DNA of 64,000 bases from an uncultured Chloroflexia bacterium (GCA_963843925.1 CAWJML010000004.1:289123-353122); one strand, 5' to 3'. Shown: positions 39,740-50,362, counted from the first letter of the stretch. Program-made: numbers and translations. Notes: generated from the letters alone by a model not told the origin.

Positions 39740-39776
39740 GTGTCAGAGTTTACAATACCATTTGGAGTAAATCTTC

Positions 39777-40775
39777 ATGGCGATTTCGTCAAAGAACGAA
39801 AGTGATCCGAATAAGGAATTAGTGGTTGTAAAAGACCTGGTGAAATACTTCCCTGTTCGCTCAGGGTTGTTGCAACGCGTAGTTGCCTGGGTGCAGGCTG
39901 TTGATAAAGTCAGTTTCACCATCCGGCAGGGAGAAACTTTGGGAATGGTGGGTGAGTCTGGTTGTGGAAAGACCACAGTTGGACGCAGTATGCTGCGTCT
40001 GATCGAGCCCACTTCCGGGTCGGTGTTTTTTGAGGGGACGGATGTGTTGAGCCTGAAGGGCAAGGCGCTCAAAGCCATGCGCCGCAACATGCAGATCATC
40101 TTCCAGGACCCATATGCCTCTCTTGATCCACGCATGCCCATCGGTCAATCTGTTATGGAAGGGCTAAATGTTCACGGCATCGGCACCCGTAAAGAACGTG
40201 TCGATATCATGCTAGATACATTGAAAAAGGTGGGTTTGGAAGATTACCATGCCCGTCGATACCCGCATGAATTCTCCGGTGGACAACGTCAGCGCATCGG
40301 CATCGCCCGCGCCCTGGCGCTGCAGCCAAAGTTCATCATCTGTGATGAACCGGTATCTGCGCTGGATGTTTCCATTCAGTCACAGGTCTTGAACATCTTG
40401 AAAGACCTTCAAAAAGAGTTTGGACTAACCTACCTTTTCATTGCCCATAACCTCAGTGTTGTCGAGCATATTTCCGACCGCGTGGCAGTCATGTACCTCG
40501 GTAAGATGGTGGAATTGGCTGATCGTGATGAGCTTTATCGCGATCCAAAACACCCTTATACCCTCGCGTTGATGTCAGCTATCCCGGTTCCCGACCCATC
40601 GCTGAAACGGGAACGTGTTATATTAAAAGGTGATGTTCCCAGTCCGCTTCATCCACCGTCGGGTTGCCGATTCCACCCTCGCTGCCCGGTGGCGATTGAA
40701 CGCTGCTCGCACGAGGAGCCGGAATTCAGGGAGATAAAACCCGATCATTGGGTCGCTTGTTGGGTCGCTAAATAG
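39777..40775 (+). CDS. ABC transporter ATP-binding protein, OppF/DppF-like (pair 2)
   Basis: [36 protein letters not shown] and GCRFHPRC. Confidence 0.92.
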   Translation: MAISSKNESDPNKELVVVKDLVKYFPVRSGLLQRVVAWVQAVDKVSFTIRQGETLGMVGESGCGKTTVGRSMLRLIEPTSGSVFFEGTDVLSLKGKALKAMRRNMQIIFQDPYASLDPRMPIGQSVMEGLNVHGIGTRKERVDIMLDTLKKVGLEDYHARRYPHEFSGGQRQRIGIARALALQPKFIICDEPVSALDVSIQSQVLNILKDLQKEFGLTYLFIAHNLSVVEHISDRVAVMYLGKMVELADRDELYRDPKHPYTLALMSAIPVPDPSLKRERVILKGDVPSPLHPPSGCRFHPRCPVAIERCSHEEPEFREIKPDHWVACWVAK

Positions 40776-40790
40776 GATAATAAGAATAGC

Positions 40791-41825
40791 ATGCCCCATT
40801 ATCGGATCCTGATTGTTGAAGACCAGCGTGAAGTCGGTCGCTTGCTGCGTTCGGCTCTATTGACCCTTGAGCACGAACTCGTGGTGATTGAGTTGCCGTC
40901 CGCTGAAGAGGCTATCCTGGATAGTACTCGCAATAAAGTGGATTTGCTGGTATCCGATTATCGTCTCCCGGGGATGACCGGTGTGGATCTCTTGCACAAG
41001 GTCCGGAAAAATCACCCTGAGACAAAGGTCATCCTCATCACCGGTCAGACCGACCCAAGGATCCGGAAGGATGTTGCCGAATCCGGCGCAGACGCATTTT
41101 TTATCAAGCCCGTTCCGATCGCGGATTTTCTGGATGCCGTTGAACGCCACCTCGGGCTGGTCGATACGATCCTGCCCCCGGAACCGATCGAGGTCGATGA
41201 TGAGGTGGTTCCCCAACCCAGTCTGCCGGACCTTTTGGCTGGCTTGCGTCAGGATCTTTCAGCGAATACCGTTATCCTTCTGAACGATACTGGTCGCATA
41301 CTGGCTCGCGCTGGGGATTTCCCTAATAGTAAAGATGAGCTTTCCATAACATCTTCCCTGCTTACACTGCATAGTACCGGGAAGAAGGTTGCTGCAATGA
41401 TCGGGCAGCAGGTGGTATCGAACTGGCATGTTTTTAATGGTGGTCAATACGATCTGATCTCTGCACCGGTCGGGACGAACCACGTGATGGCTATTATCGG
41501 GAAGAGCTTGGCCGGTGAAGGCCAGGCGGTAAAGACCATGGAATTATTTATTCTGGCTCGTAAAGATATCGAACAATTCATTGGTGAGTCTGTCACGGAA
41601 ATTTCCTCCGTACCGGAAGAGCATGCTATCCCCGCGGAAGCGATTGAGCAGGGTGAGCGTGAAATGGAACCATTGTTTAAGGATGCGAAAAAGAAATTAA
41701 AGCCGGCGGAAGTAAAAGAGTTCTGGGATAATGCTGCTGATAATCAAAAAGCTCTTTCCAACCCGGATATGCTTTCATACGAACAGGCCAGGAAGTTAGG
41801 CCTGGCTCCAAAGGATAAATCCTAG
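40791..41825 (+). CDS. Response-regulator receiver (REC) domain protein with a non-DNA-binding C-terminal domain (possibly Roadblock/LC7-like)
   Basis: REC motifs: RILIVEDQ, DLLVSDYRLPGMTG and KVILITG. The C-terminal 200 aa have no HTH. The segment NTVILLNDTGRILARAGDF...YDLISAPVGTNHVMAIIG resembles Roadblock/LC7 by eye. Confidence 0.75.
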   Translation: MPHYRILIVEDQREVGRLLRSALLTLEHELVVIELPSAEEAILDSTRNKVDLLVSDYRLPGMTGVDLLHKVRKNHPETKVILITGQTDPRIRKDVAESGADAFFIKPVPIADFLDAVERHLGLVDTILPPEPIEVDDEVVPQPSLPDLLAGLRQDLSANTVILLNDTGRILARAGDFPNSKDELSITSSLLTLHSTGKKVAAMIGQQVVSNWHVFNGGQYDLISAPVGTNHVMAIIGKSLAGEGQAVKTMELFILARKDIEQFIGESVTEISSVPEEHAIPAEAIEQGEREMEPLFKDAKKKLKPAEVKEFWDNAADNQKALSNPDMLSYEQARKLGLAPKDKS

Positions 41826-41862
41826 CCACGCTGTCGGGGCTGTGATACAATTCGCGCCGCCT

Positions 41863-41933
41863 TGGGGCGTTGTGCAATGGCAGCACGTCAGCCTTTGGAG
41901 CTGATTATCTTGGTTCGAATCCAGGCGCCCCAG
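41863..41933 (+). tRNA. tRNA-Gln (anticodon UUG)
   Basis: Hand-folded cloverleaf. Acceptor TGGGGCG/CGCCCCA. D stem GTGC/GCAC with loop AATGGCA. Anticodon stem TCAGC/GCTGA with loop CTTTGGA. Variable loop TTAT. T arm CTTGG-TTCGAAT-CCAGG. Discriminator G. CCA is not encoded. Confidence 0.85.
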
Positions 41934-41941
41934 CTTGAACT

Positions 41942-41966
41942 ACCCGCTGCAGGCGGGGCTTTTTTA
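41942..41966 (+). terminator. Terminator after tRNA-Gln
   Basis: CCCGC-TGCAG-GCGGG followed by GCTTTTTT. A second hairpin ending AGGCCTTTTTT follows before glmU. Confidence 0.6.
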
Positions 41967-42025
41967 CAGAGATGGGCCTCGCGCCACCTGTTGGCGGTGC
42001 AGGCCTTTTTTATTAGGAGATTCCA

Positions 42026-43384
42026 ATGGATATAACTGCTGTAGTCCTCGCCGCTGGTCAGGGTACCCGCATGAATTCGGTCCTGCCAAAGGTGATGCAT
42101 CCGGTCTGTGGCGTTCCGATGATTACCCACGCACTGGATGCAGCCAAATCTGCCAGCACCAAAAAACCCGTGGTCGTCATCGGTCATGGCGCCGATGCCG
42201 TCCGTGATTATCTCGACGGGACAGCCAAATGTGTCACCCAGGATCCCCAGTTGGGTACGGGGCATGCGGTCCAGCAGGCAGAACAGCTTTTGAGCGGCAA
42301 AACGGACCTTGTACTGGTCACTTACGGTGATATGCCGCTCTTGCGTCCGGAAACCCTCAAATCACTGGTCGGAATGCAGAAGAAAAATCCTGGACCGATG
42401 AGCATGTTGACCGTCAATGCTGTAGATCCACGTGGCTTTGGGCGGGTGGTGCGCGGCACGGATGGCAGCGTCAAGGCGATTGTTGAGGAAGCGGCAGCAA
42501 CGAAACGACAACTGTCCATTAATGAATTGAATGTTGGCGCGTACTGTTTTTCTTCGAACTGGTTGTGGGAGGCTCTGCGCCGGATAAAGGTCTCAAAAAA
42601 AGGTGAGTATTACCTCACGGATACGGTGGAGCTGGCAGTGAAAAGCGGTCTGGTAGTTGAGGCACTTGTCGGTGATGACCCGGTCGAAATGATCGGTATA
42701 AATACCCGCCAGCATCTCGCTGAAGCGGAAGAAGCAATGCGGTTTCGTATCAACCGTAAGCATATGCTCGCCGGAGTAACCATCATAAATCCCACAGCAA
42801 CATATATCGAGCAAACAGTAAAGATCGGCCGCGATACGATCATTTGGCCGAACACTTTTCTGCGTGGAAATACCGTCATTGGTGAAGGCTGTATCATCGG
42901 TCCAAACACCATTGCAGATAATTCGGCTATCGGGGATTTCTGTGAGATTCTAGCCGCCGTCATGGAAGGAGCGCTGATCGAAGATAATGTAGGCATCGGG
43001 CCGTTTGCCCGCCTGAGAAAGGGTGCCCACTTGTGTAAGGGAGTCCACATGGGGAATTTTGGCGAAGTCAAAGATTCTACCCTTGGACCTGGCACGAAGA
43101 TGGGGCATTTCTCTTACATCGGCAATGCCACCATCGCTGAAAATGTAAATATCGGCGCCGGAACAGTTACCTGCAACTATGATGGTGTCCATAAGAATCC
43201 GACCGAGATCGGTGAGGGTGCTTTCATCGGTTCTGATACCATGCTGGTGGCGCCGGTGAAGATTGGAGCCCGTGCGCGGACCGGTGCAGGTGCGGTGGTC
43301 ACCAGGGACGTGGACCCTGATACGCTTGTGGTGGGCGTGCCTGCTCACCTAATCAAAAAATCGGAAACGAATAAAAGCCGGTAA
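42026..43384 (+). CDS. glmU: Bifunctional UDP-N-acetylglucosamine pyrophosphorylase / glucosamine-1-phosphate N-acetyltransferase
   Basis: AVVLAAGQGTRMNS..PKVMHPVCG, GTGHAV, YYLTD, and C-terminal hexapeptide repeats with NYDG. Confidence 0.93.
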   Translation: MDITAVVLAAGQGTRMNSVLPKVMHPVCGVPMITHALDAAKSASTKKPVVVIGHGADAVRDYLDGTAKCVTQDPQLGTGHAVQQAEQLLSGKTDLVLVTYGDMPLLRPETLKSLVGMQKKNPGPMSMLTVNAVDPRGFGRVVRGTDGSVKAIVEEAAATKRQLSINELNVGAYCFSSNWLWEALRRIKVSKKGEYYLTDTVELAVKSGLVVEALVGDDPVEMIGINTRQHLAEAEEAMRFRINRKHMLAGVTIINPTATYIEQTVKIGRDTIIWPNTFLRGNTVIGEGCIIGPNTIADNSAIGDFCEILAAVMEGALIEDNVGIGPFARLRKGAHLCKGVHMGNFGEVKDSTLGPGTKMGHFSYIGNATIAENVNIGAGTVTCNYDGVHKNPTEIGEGAFIGSDTMLVAPVKIGARARTGAGAVVTRDVDPDTLVVGVPAHLIKKSETNKSR

Positions 43385-43458
43385 GTACTTCTATTTACAC
43401 CTGGGTCAACACGCAAAGGCAGGAATGCCAGAGTTATCTTTTGGGGATGAGGTAAATA

Positions 43459-43869
43459 ATGATAAACATAACCGACGTTGAGCGCAAAGCCTTGATTGAC
43501 TTGGCGAATGAAGCCCGCCGAAAGGCTTACGCGCCCTATTCTAATTATCCAGTAGGAGCGGCTCTCCGTACACGTTCCGGGCGGATCTACACCGGTTGCA
43601 ATGTAGAGAATGCAGCTTATCCGACCGGCATGTGTGCCGAGCGGGTTGCCATATTCAAGGCTGTTTCGGAGGGTGAAAAAGAATTCGATATCATTGCCGT
43701 GGTCACGCCCAATGGCGGATCGCCGTGCGGAGGTTGCCGGCAGGTCATGGCTGAGTTTGGTCTCGATACTGTCATACTGATCGGGGATGATAAAGGTCGT
43801 GTTCTCAAGGAGACTACAGTTGCCGACCTTCTGCCGGAAGCGTTCACGCCCAAAGATTTAAAGATTTAG
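43459..43869 (+). CDS. cdd: Cytidine deaminase
   Basis: Zinc-ligand motifs CAERVAIF and PCGGCRQ. 136 aa. Confidence 0.92.
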   Translation: MINITDVERKALIDLANEARRKAYAPYSNYPVGAALRTRSGRIYTGCNVENAAYPTGMCAERVAIFKAVSEGEKEFDIIAVVTPNGGSPCGGCRQVMAEFGLDTVILIGDDKGRVLKETTVADLLPEAFTPKDLKI

Positions 43870-43915
43870 ATCATTTCTAATGTAAAACCATACTTATCGT
43901 ATTGATTTACTATTG

Positions 43916-44675
43916 ATGACCGAACATCGATCCTTCCGGGTGGAAGCTGTTGTCATCCGTCACGCTGATTGGGGTGAAGCTGACCGCATGCTGACGCTCT
44001 ATACCCGCGAGCGTGGGAAAGTTCGAGCCATCGCCAAAGGCGCCAGGCGTATCAAGTCGCGTAAAGCCGGGCATCTCGAACCATTCACGCGGGTCACATT
44101 ACAATTGGCGAAAGGTCGGGGACCTCTTCATCATTACCCAGGCGGATACTCTGGAAGCATATATGCCGATCCATGAGAGCCTGGAAAAAACCGGTCAGGC
44201 AGCGTACTTATCCGAATTACTCGATCGCTTCTCATTCGAGGATGAATCGGAGAATTTTGAAGTCTTCCACTTATTGACCGATACCCTCGGCCGTATCGAG
44301 CGGGATGATGATCATTGGCTGGCGGTCCGTTATTTTGAAGTGCACCTGTTGGATTATTTGGGATACCGTCCTCATTTATTTGAGTGCGCGAATTGTGGGG
44401 AGAAGATTCAGGCCGTGGACCAGTTCTTCTCGCCGGCAGCCGGGGGTGTTCTGTGCCCGCGCTGTGGAGCGGGTAAGCCCGGTGTCTGGAAAGTTTCGGT
44501 CGGCGCCCTGAAGTATCTCCGTCATTTCCAGCGCAGTGATTATGAACGCGCAAAACGCGCTCATCCAGAACCGGAACTTCGGAACGAGGTTGAGGCGCTA
44601 TTGCAGCGTTATCTTTCCTACCTGCTGGAACGTGCCCTGAATTCCCCTGAATTTATCAGGCAGATCAATCAATAA
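43916..44675 (+). CDS. recO: DNA repair protein RecO; frame broken by an extra G in GGGG 44118-44121
   Basis: The OB-fold N-terminus is FRVEAVVIRHADWGEADRMLTLYTRERGKVRAIAKGARR...LQLAKGR. The next frame reads DLFIITQADTLEAY... and contains the zinc finger CANCGEKI...LCPRCG. Confidence 0.88.
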
Positions 44676-45894
44676 CCGGTCTTACGGATTGGCTCAGAGC
44701 TGAATTCGCCTTTATCTCCTGTCGCTGCGCCCATCCGATCTGGGTCTTTCGTATGATGAATACAATGAGCGATCCAAGTTGACGCCACATAAGTTTCTGG
44801 AACCAGCTTATTCGCAGGCGATAGAAAAACTTTGCCCACCATGTGCGTCTCGCCAGAGCTTTGCCCATCTCTGATCGTAATATTGCTGTTTTATACCCCC
44901 GGAATGAATAGTCTTTTGAATAAAAAGCTTCCTTGATGGCTTGGGCTGCCAGTGCGCCGTAACCCAGTGCGATGCTGATCCCTTCACCAAAAAGGGCATC
45001 GCCTCCGGCCGCATCACCAACCAGTAGGATATGTTCGGTTGAAAAAACACTTCTTGGTTCGAACCAACGAAGGGGATGGCCTTCCAACTCGTAATCGTTC
45101 ATTTCATAACCATGACGATGAAACTCATCAGCCAGGGCTTCCCGTAGTGAAATGTCCGGTTGCCGGGGGTAGACATTACTGTCGAAAATACCACGCACGC
45201 GCACCGGTTTTCCATTTTCAAGGGCGGGAAAATCCCAACTGTATCCCAGTATGCCTTTTGGAACGTACCGGAAATCGAAGTAAGAATCAGATTGGATGTG
45301 GAAGGATTCTTCCGGTCGGATTTCGGTGACGATTTCCAACAGGCGGGCGGTATGGGTATCTTCCCGCCCGGTTACCGCTCTGCGTACAACGCTTGTTGAC
45401 CCGTCTGCACCGATTACCACCTTTGCGTTGAATGTCCCGCTTCCGGTTTCAACTCTCACATGCTCCGGGCCGTTGGTTACTCCTTTCACATTTACGCCTT
45501 CCCTGAGATCAAAGCCTTTTTTATGTGCTTCCTGGGCCAGCCATGCATCGAACTCATGCCGGCGGATAATGCGGAATGCGAAAGGTCTCTTTGGGTCGGG
45601 TCGCATCCTGAATCCTCTACCATCGAAATCGAACCGCGCCCAATCCACATCCACATGCGGGATTGTTGTGACGTCCAGGTTCAAATGATGCAAGATGACT
45701 TCCGCGTCCGGTAGTAATCCACCACCGCACAATTTTTTTCGGGGGTGGTGGGCTTTTTCCAATATCAGGGTCTTTGGGACCAGTTCAGGCGCGATTTGTG
45801 CCAGGTGCAAAGCCGTCGAAATTCCCGCCGGGCCGGAGCCGATGATGATGATGTCATACAAATGCATTTCAGGTTTCAACCCGCTGTCTGGCAT
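44665..45894 (-). CDS. Geranylgeranyl reductase family / FAD-dependent oxidoreductase
   Basis: Dinucleotide-binding motif YDIIIIGSGPAGISTA, plus GADGSTSVVRR and LLVGDAAGG. The start is uncertain (ATG 45894 or 45864). Confidence 0.8.
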   Translation of the reverse strand: MPDSGLKPEMHLYDIIIIGSGPAGISTALHLAQIAPELVPKTLILEKAHHPRKKLCGGGLLPDAEVILHHLNLDVTTIPHVDVDWARFDFDGRGFRMRPDPKRPFAFRIIRRHEFDAWLAQEAHKKGFDLREGVNVKGVTNGPEHVRVETGSGTFNAKVVIGADGSTSVVRRAVTGREDTHTARLLEIVTEIRPEESFHIQSDSYFDFRYVPKGILGYSWDFPALENGKPVRVRGIFDSNVYPRQPDISLREALADEFHRHGYEMNDYELEGHPLRWFEPRSVFSTEHILLVGDAAGGDALFGEGISIALGYGALAAQAIKEAFYSKDYSFRGYKTAILRSEMGKALARRTWWAKFFYRLRISWFQKLMWRQLGSLIVFIIRKTQIGWAQRQEIKANSALSQSVRPVID

Positions 45895-46076
45895 GGCATC
45901 TATTTAACCACAATTATTCATGTATAACTATGAACACGGGCGTAAATTGAACTGGAGGATATACTTGCCGTGCCTGGCTTTCAGCTCGTCGCTTTACGAC
46001 GCCGATCATCCTTTCTGGGGTTTTATTCAGCCTGCGGTATAATCCTTTTGTCATTCATTTTAATTTTCACAATCGG

Positions 46077-49057
46077 ATGCACATGCCCGAAAAACATACT
46101 TTTCAATCTATCATCCTGACCTTACAAGAGTTTTGGGCTGCCCATGGCTGCCTTATCTGGCAGCCCTACTATACCCAGGTTGGTGCCGGGACGATGAACC
46201 CGGCTACTTTTCTCCGCGTTCTTGGTCCGGAACCGTGGAATGTTGCTTATGTGGAACCTTCCATCCGCCCGGACGATGGTCGTTACGGTGAGAACCCCAA
46301 CCGTTTCCAGCAGCACTATCAATTCCAGGTGATCCTAAAACCGGATCCCGGTAACCCGGTTGAGCTTTATCTCAAGTCGCTTGAAGCTCTTGGCATCAAT
46401 TCTCGCGCGCGCACGATATCCGCCTTGTGGAGGATAACTGGGAGCAGCCAGCCATTTCTGCCTGGGGTTTGGGCTGGGAGATTTGGCTGGATGGGCAGGA
46501 GATCACCCAGTTTACATACTTCCAACAGGTTGGTGGGCAAAGTCTTGACCCGGTGGCCGTTGAAATTACTTATGGCATGGACCGCATCTTGATCGCCCTA
46601 AATAATGCCGCTGCCATCTGGGATGAGCCCTGGAATGAAACCGTTCAATACGGCGAGGTGCGCAGGCGGGATGAGTATGAGCAGAGTAAATATTATTTTG
46701 AAGTAGCTGATGTGGATCGTCTTCGGAAAATATACGACCTTTACAAAAGCGAGGCCGAAGCTTGCCTGGCAGAAGGTCTGGTGATCCCCGCTCATGACTA
46801 CGTATTGAAATGTTCGCATGCTTTCAATATTCTGGACGCACGCGGCGCCATCGGTGTCAGCGAACGGCAGGCGTTCTTCGGACAGATGCGAGATCTGGCT
46901 CGCCAGGTTGCCCAGGTTTATCTGGACCAGCGTAAAGAACTTGAATTTCCGCTGCTGAAGCCTTCGGGCACCAGTTCTACAGTGATAAAGGCCGGTCACA
47001 AGGCCGTTCCCATCGACCGTCCGGCTCCATTCTTGCTTGAGATCGGTGTGGAAGAACTTCCAGCCGGCGATTTGAACTCGAGTCTTGATCAACTGCGCGT
47101 TAACGTTCCGAAGTTTTTGGATGATCTTCACCTCGAGCACGGAGCCATAACCATATCAGGCACCCCCCGCCGCTTGGCAGTTTTCGTGGAATCAATTGCC
47201 CCACGGCAGCCTGATCGGGAAGATGTGATCAAGGGGCCTCCGGCTGAACGCGCTTTCGATCCCGAAGGCACCCCGACTCAGGCCGCGATTGGTTTCGCCC
47301 GGGGAAAGGGTGTGGATGTCAAGCATCTCGAGCTGCGCGAAATGGAAGGCGGCAGGTATGTAGTGGCAGTTGTAAAGCATAACGGGCGCCCCGTTACCGA
47401 GCTCCTGGTGGAATCTCTGCCAGCCTTGCTTGCAGGGATAAAATTTGATAAATCAATGAGATGGAATGCTAGCGGTGTTGCTTTTTCACGTCCGTTGCGC
47501 TGGTTGGTGGCACTTTTAGGCGATGAAGTTATTCCCTTCGAATACGCCGGACTAATTGCTGGTCGTGTCACACGTGGTCTCCGTCCATTTGGTTCCCCGG
47601 AGATTATCATTCCTTCGGCCGGCAAGTATTTCTCCACGATGAAAAGGAAAAGCATCATTCTGGATGTGGATGACCGTAAAGAAATCATCGAGAATGGAGT
47701 AGATAGCCTGGCTGCATCCGTCAAGGGCAAGGCGATCATGCCTCCGGAGTTGCTGGCAGAGGTCGCAAACCTGGTGGAGATGCCGACCCCCATGCTTGGA
47801 AGTTTTGATCCAAATTTCCTGTCACTACCACAGGATGTGCTGGTATCGGTGATGAAGAAGCACCAGCGCTATTTCCCGATCCAAAAGAATGGAAAATTAT
47901 TGGCGAGTTTTGTGATTGTCCGTAATGGTGATGACCAACAGGTGGATCTGGTCCGTGAAGGTAACGAGCATGTGGTCAGGGCTCGATTTGCGGACGCGGA
48001 TTTCTTCGTTCGTGAAGATTTGAAACATAATCTTGAAGATTTCCGCTCGCGTTTGGGAACCCTCGTCTTCCAAAAGAAACTGGGCTCCATGCTCGATAAG
48101 TCGGACCGCATAGAGAAATTGACCGGTGAACTGGTTCCAATTCTGGGCCTGACCGCCGATGAGGCGATTTACGCCCGCCGCGCTGCACATCTTTCAAAAG
48201 CCGATCTTGTTTCCAGGATGGTGGTGGAAATGACCTCATTGCAGGGTGTGATGGGTCGTGAATATGCCCTCCGCTCCGGGGAACATCAAGCCGTGGCAGA
48301 CGCCATTGGTGAACAATATCAACCGGTCCCGGGCTCGAAACCCGGTATTGCATTGGCTTTGGCTGATCGCCTGGATTCTCTCGTGGGTTTGTTTTCAATT
48401 GGGATGGTACCCACTGGAACGAAGGACCCATTCGGCTTACGGCGGGCTGCCATCGGTATTGTCCAACCATTGATAGAGCATAAACTGCCGATTAATTTGC
48501 TCTCTGCCTTGCGAGCTGCCGCCGCGTTCCAAACCGTTCCAGTCAACGATGAGGTTCAAGGTCAGGTAATGGAGTTTCTTACCGGACGTTTGCGCGTCGT
48601 TCTCCTCGATAAGGGTTATAAACACGACATCGTGGATGCTGTCCTGGCGCTGCAAGCTGAGAACCCTGCCGGGGCATTGTCTGCAGTCATCGAACTCACG
48701 GGCTGGGTGGCACGCAAGGACTGGATTACGATCCTGCCTGCTTACGCCCGTTGTGTACGTATCACCCGTGATCAAAAGACCACGTTTACTGTGAACCCAG
48801 GTATTTTTACTGAAGATGCCGAGAGGAATTTACATTTGGCTTTGGAGATTGCTGAAAAGCAGCCGCACTCACCTGGAAAAGTGGACGATTTCCTGTCTTC
48901 CTTTATTCCACTCATCCCTTCGGTTAATGCCTTCTTTGATAAAGTTCTGGTCATGGCTGATGATAAAACCCTGCAGGAGAACCGATTGGGTTTATTGCAA
49001 CGTATCGCCGCCTTGGCGGGTTCGACTGCCGATTTGAGCAAACTCGAAGGTTTTTAA
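46077..49057 (+). CDS. glyQS: Fused glycine--tRNA ligase alpha+beta (GlyQS); frame broken in the (CG)n run 46404-46412 (net +2 or -1)
   Basis: The alpha part is [23 protein letters not shown]...[41 protein letters not shown]...GINSRA. The next frame reads [42 protein letters not shown] and runs without a stop into a GlyS-like beta part (EIGVEELPA...). Confidence 0.9.
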
Positions 49058-49126
49058 CTGACAACCGAACGTGCTCATTATCATCATATTTTTTTATCCC
49101 GGCTATAATTGGAACCAGAAGCCGTT

Positions 49127-50362
49127 ATGCCCCTGCCATCCGCTGATGTCTTGCTTCGAATAGAAAGGCTCCTGGGTATTGGTAAGCAACAGGAAGCCCT
49201 TCCGCTGTTGGTTGAGTACTTAAGATCCAACCCGGCATCGGCGCGCGCCTGGTGGTTGATGAGTTTGTCGGTAACGGACACCAAGTATCAGGTTGACTGT
49301 CTTGAACGTGTGATCCAACTGGAACCGGATAATGAGCTGGCCCGGGAACGTCTGCTAATGCTGAAGAATGGCCCGTCAGCTCCAATTTCGGTTAATCCGT
49401 TCACCACCCTGGAGATGCCCGACGCGGATAAATTCCGGGCTGCCGAATCGGTCGCGCCAGCCCGGACTACAAAAGTTGATGATCAGCCAGCTCATGCGGC
49501 TGTTGAGAGTGCAGCTATCCTGCCTGCAGCGCCTGCCGAACAGGAAGAGCCGCCTATCGAGCCTCCGGTCGTACCGCCGGGAGTAACGGCGGTACGACCT
49601 AAAAAATCAAATTCGAAATGGTGGGTTTTATATAGCTTAGGGGCTATCCTGCTGCTTATCATAGCTGTATTTTTGTTCATCTATTTTCGCGGCCAGCAGC
49701 AGGATCGTCTCAGGATCCAGCGGGATTACGCCTTGCAGCAAACCCTCATCGTCGCTCAGACCCTGGCAGGTTTACCCACCTCGACGCCCCGCCCAACCTT
49801 GACAGCAACTCCCACCTCGACCCCCCGGCCAACCAAAACTACCACCCCCGCCCCAAGCATAACCCCAACATATCAGTACACATTAACGAGGACGCTGCGC
49901 CCGTCGGGTCTGGTGGGACCCATCATTGGTTTGTTTGCCCCGGAAATCAAACTAAATGACGTCGTCACCGGTCATCAAGTGACACTCAGCCAATTTGACG
50001 GGAAGCCTGTCCTGATATTTTTCTTTGCGACTTGGTGTCCACATTGCACTGACGAGATTTCTTCAATTCAAAGTATTTCCCAGGAATACAATAATTCCGG
50101 CTTGGTAGTCCTTGCGATCAGCTCCGCAGAAAATAGTACAGTGGTACGCGATTTCCAGAGTACTCATCAATTGACTTTTCCGGTCTTGCTTGACCCTGAG
50201 AATGTTGCTCTGGCTGCCTATCGTGTGAAACTGCTTCCAATTCACTTTTTTATTACCACCTCCGGCAGGATTTCGTACCTCGTCTCGGGAGAGATGACTT
50301 TGGACCAATTGAAGGCCCAGGTTGAAAAGCTCCTGATCGTCCCTCCCACCCCAACTCCGTAG
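49127..50362 (+). CDS. Membrane-anchored TPR + TlpA/ResA-type thioredoxin-fold (WCPHC) protein
   Basis: N-terminal TPR-like helices, one TM helix (WWVLYSLGAILLLIIAVFLFIYF), a Pro/Thr linker and the redoxin domain FFFATWCPHCTDE. Confidence 0.8.
   Translation: MPLPSADVLLRIERLLGIGKQQEALPLLVEYLRSNPASARAWWLMSLSVTDTKYQVDCLERVIQLEPDNELARERLLMLKNGPSAPISVNPFTTLEMPDADKFRAAESVAPARTTKVDDQPAHAAVESAAILPAAPAEQEEPPIEPPVVPPGVTAVRPKKSNSKWWVLYSLGAILLLIIAVFLFIYFRGQQQDRLRIQRDYALQQTLIVAQTLAGLPTSTPRPTLTATPTSTPRPTKTTTPAPSITPTYQYTLTRTLRPSGLVGPIIGLFAPEIKLNDVVTGHQVTLSQFDGKPVLIFFFATWCPHCTDEISSIQSISQEYNNSGLVVLAISSAENSTVVRDFQSTHQLTFPVLLDPENVALAAYRVKLLPIHFFITTSGRISYLVSGEMTLDQLKAQVEKLLIVPPTPTP
49778..49849 (+). repeat. Imperfect 2 x 36-nt tandem repeat encoding TSTPRPT(L/K)T(A/T)TP linker units
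   Basis: Units at 49778-49813 and 49814-49849, read directly. Confidence 0.7.
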
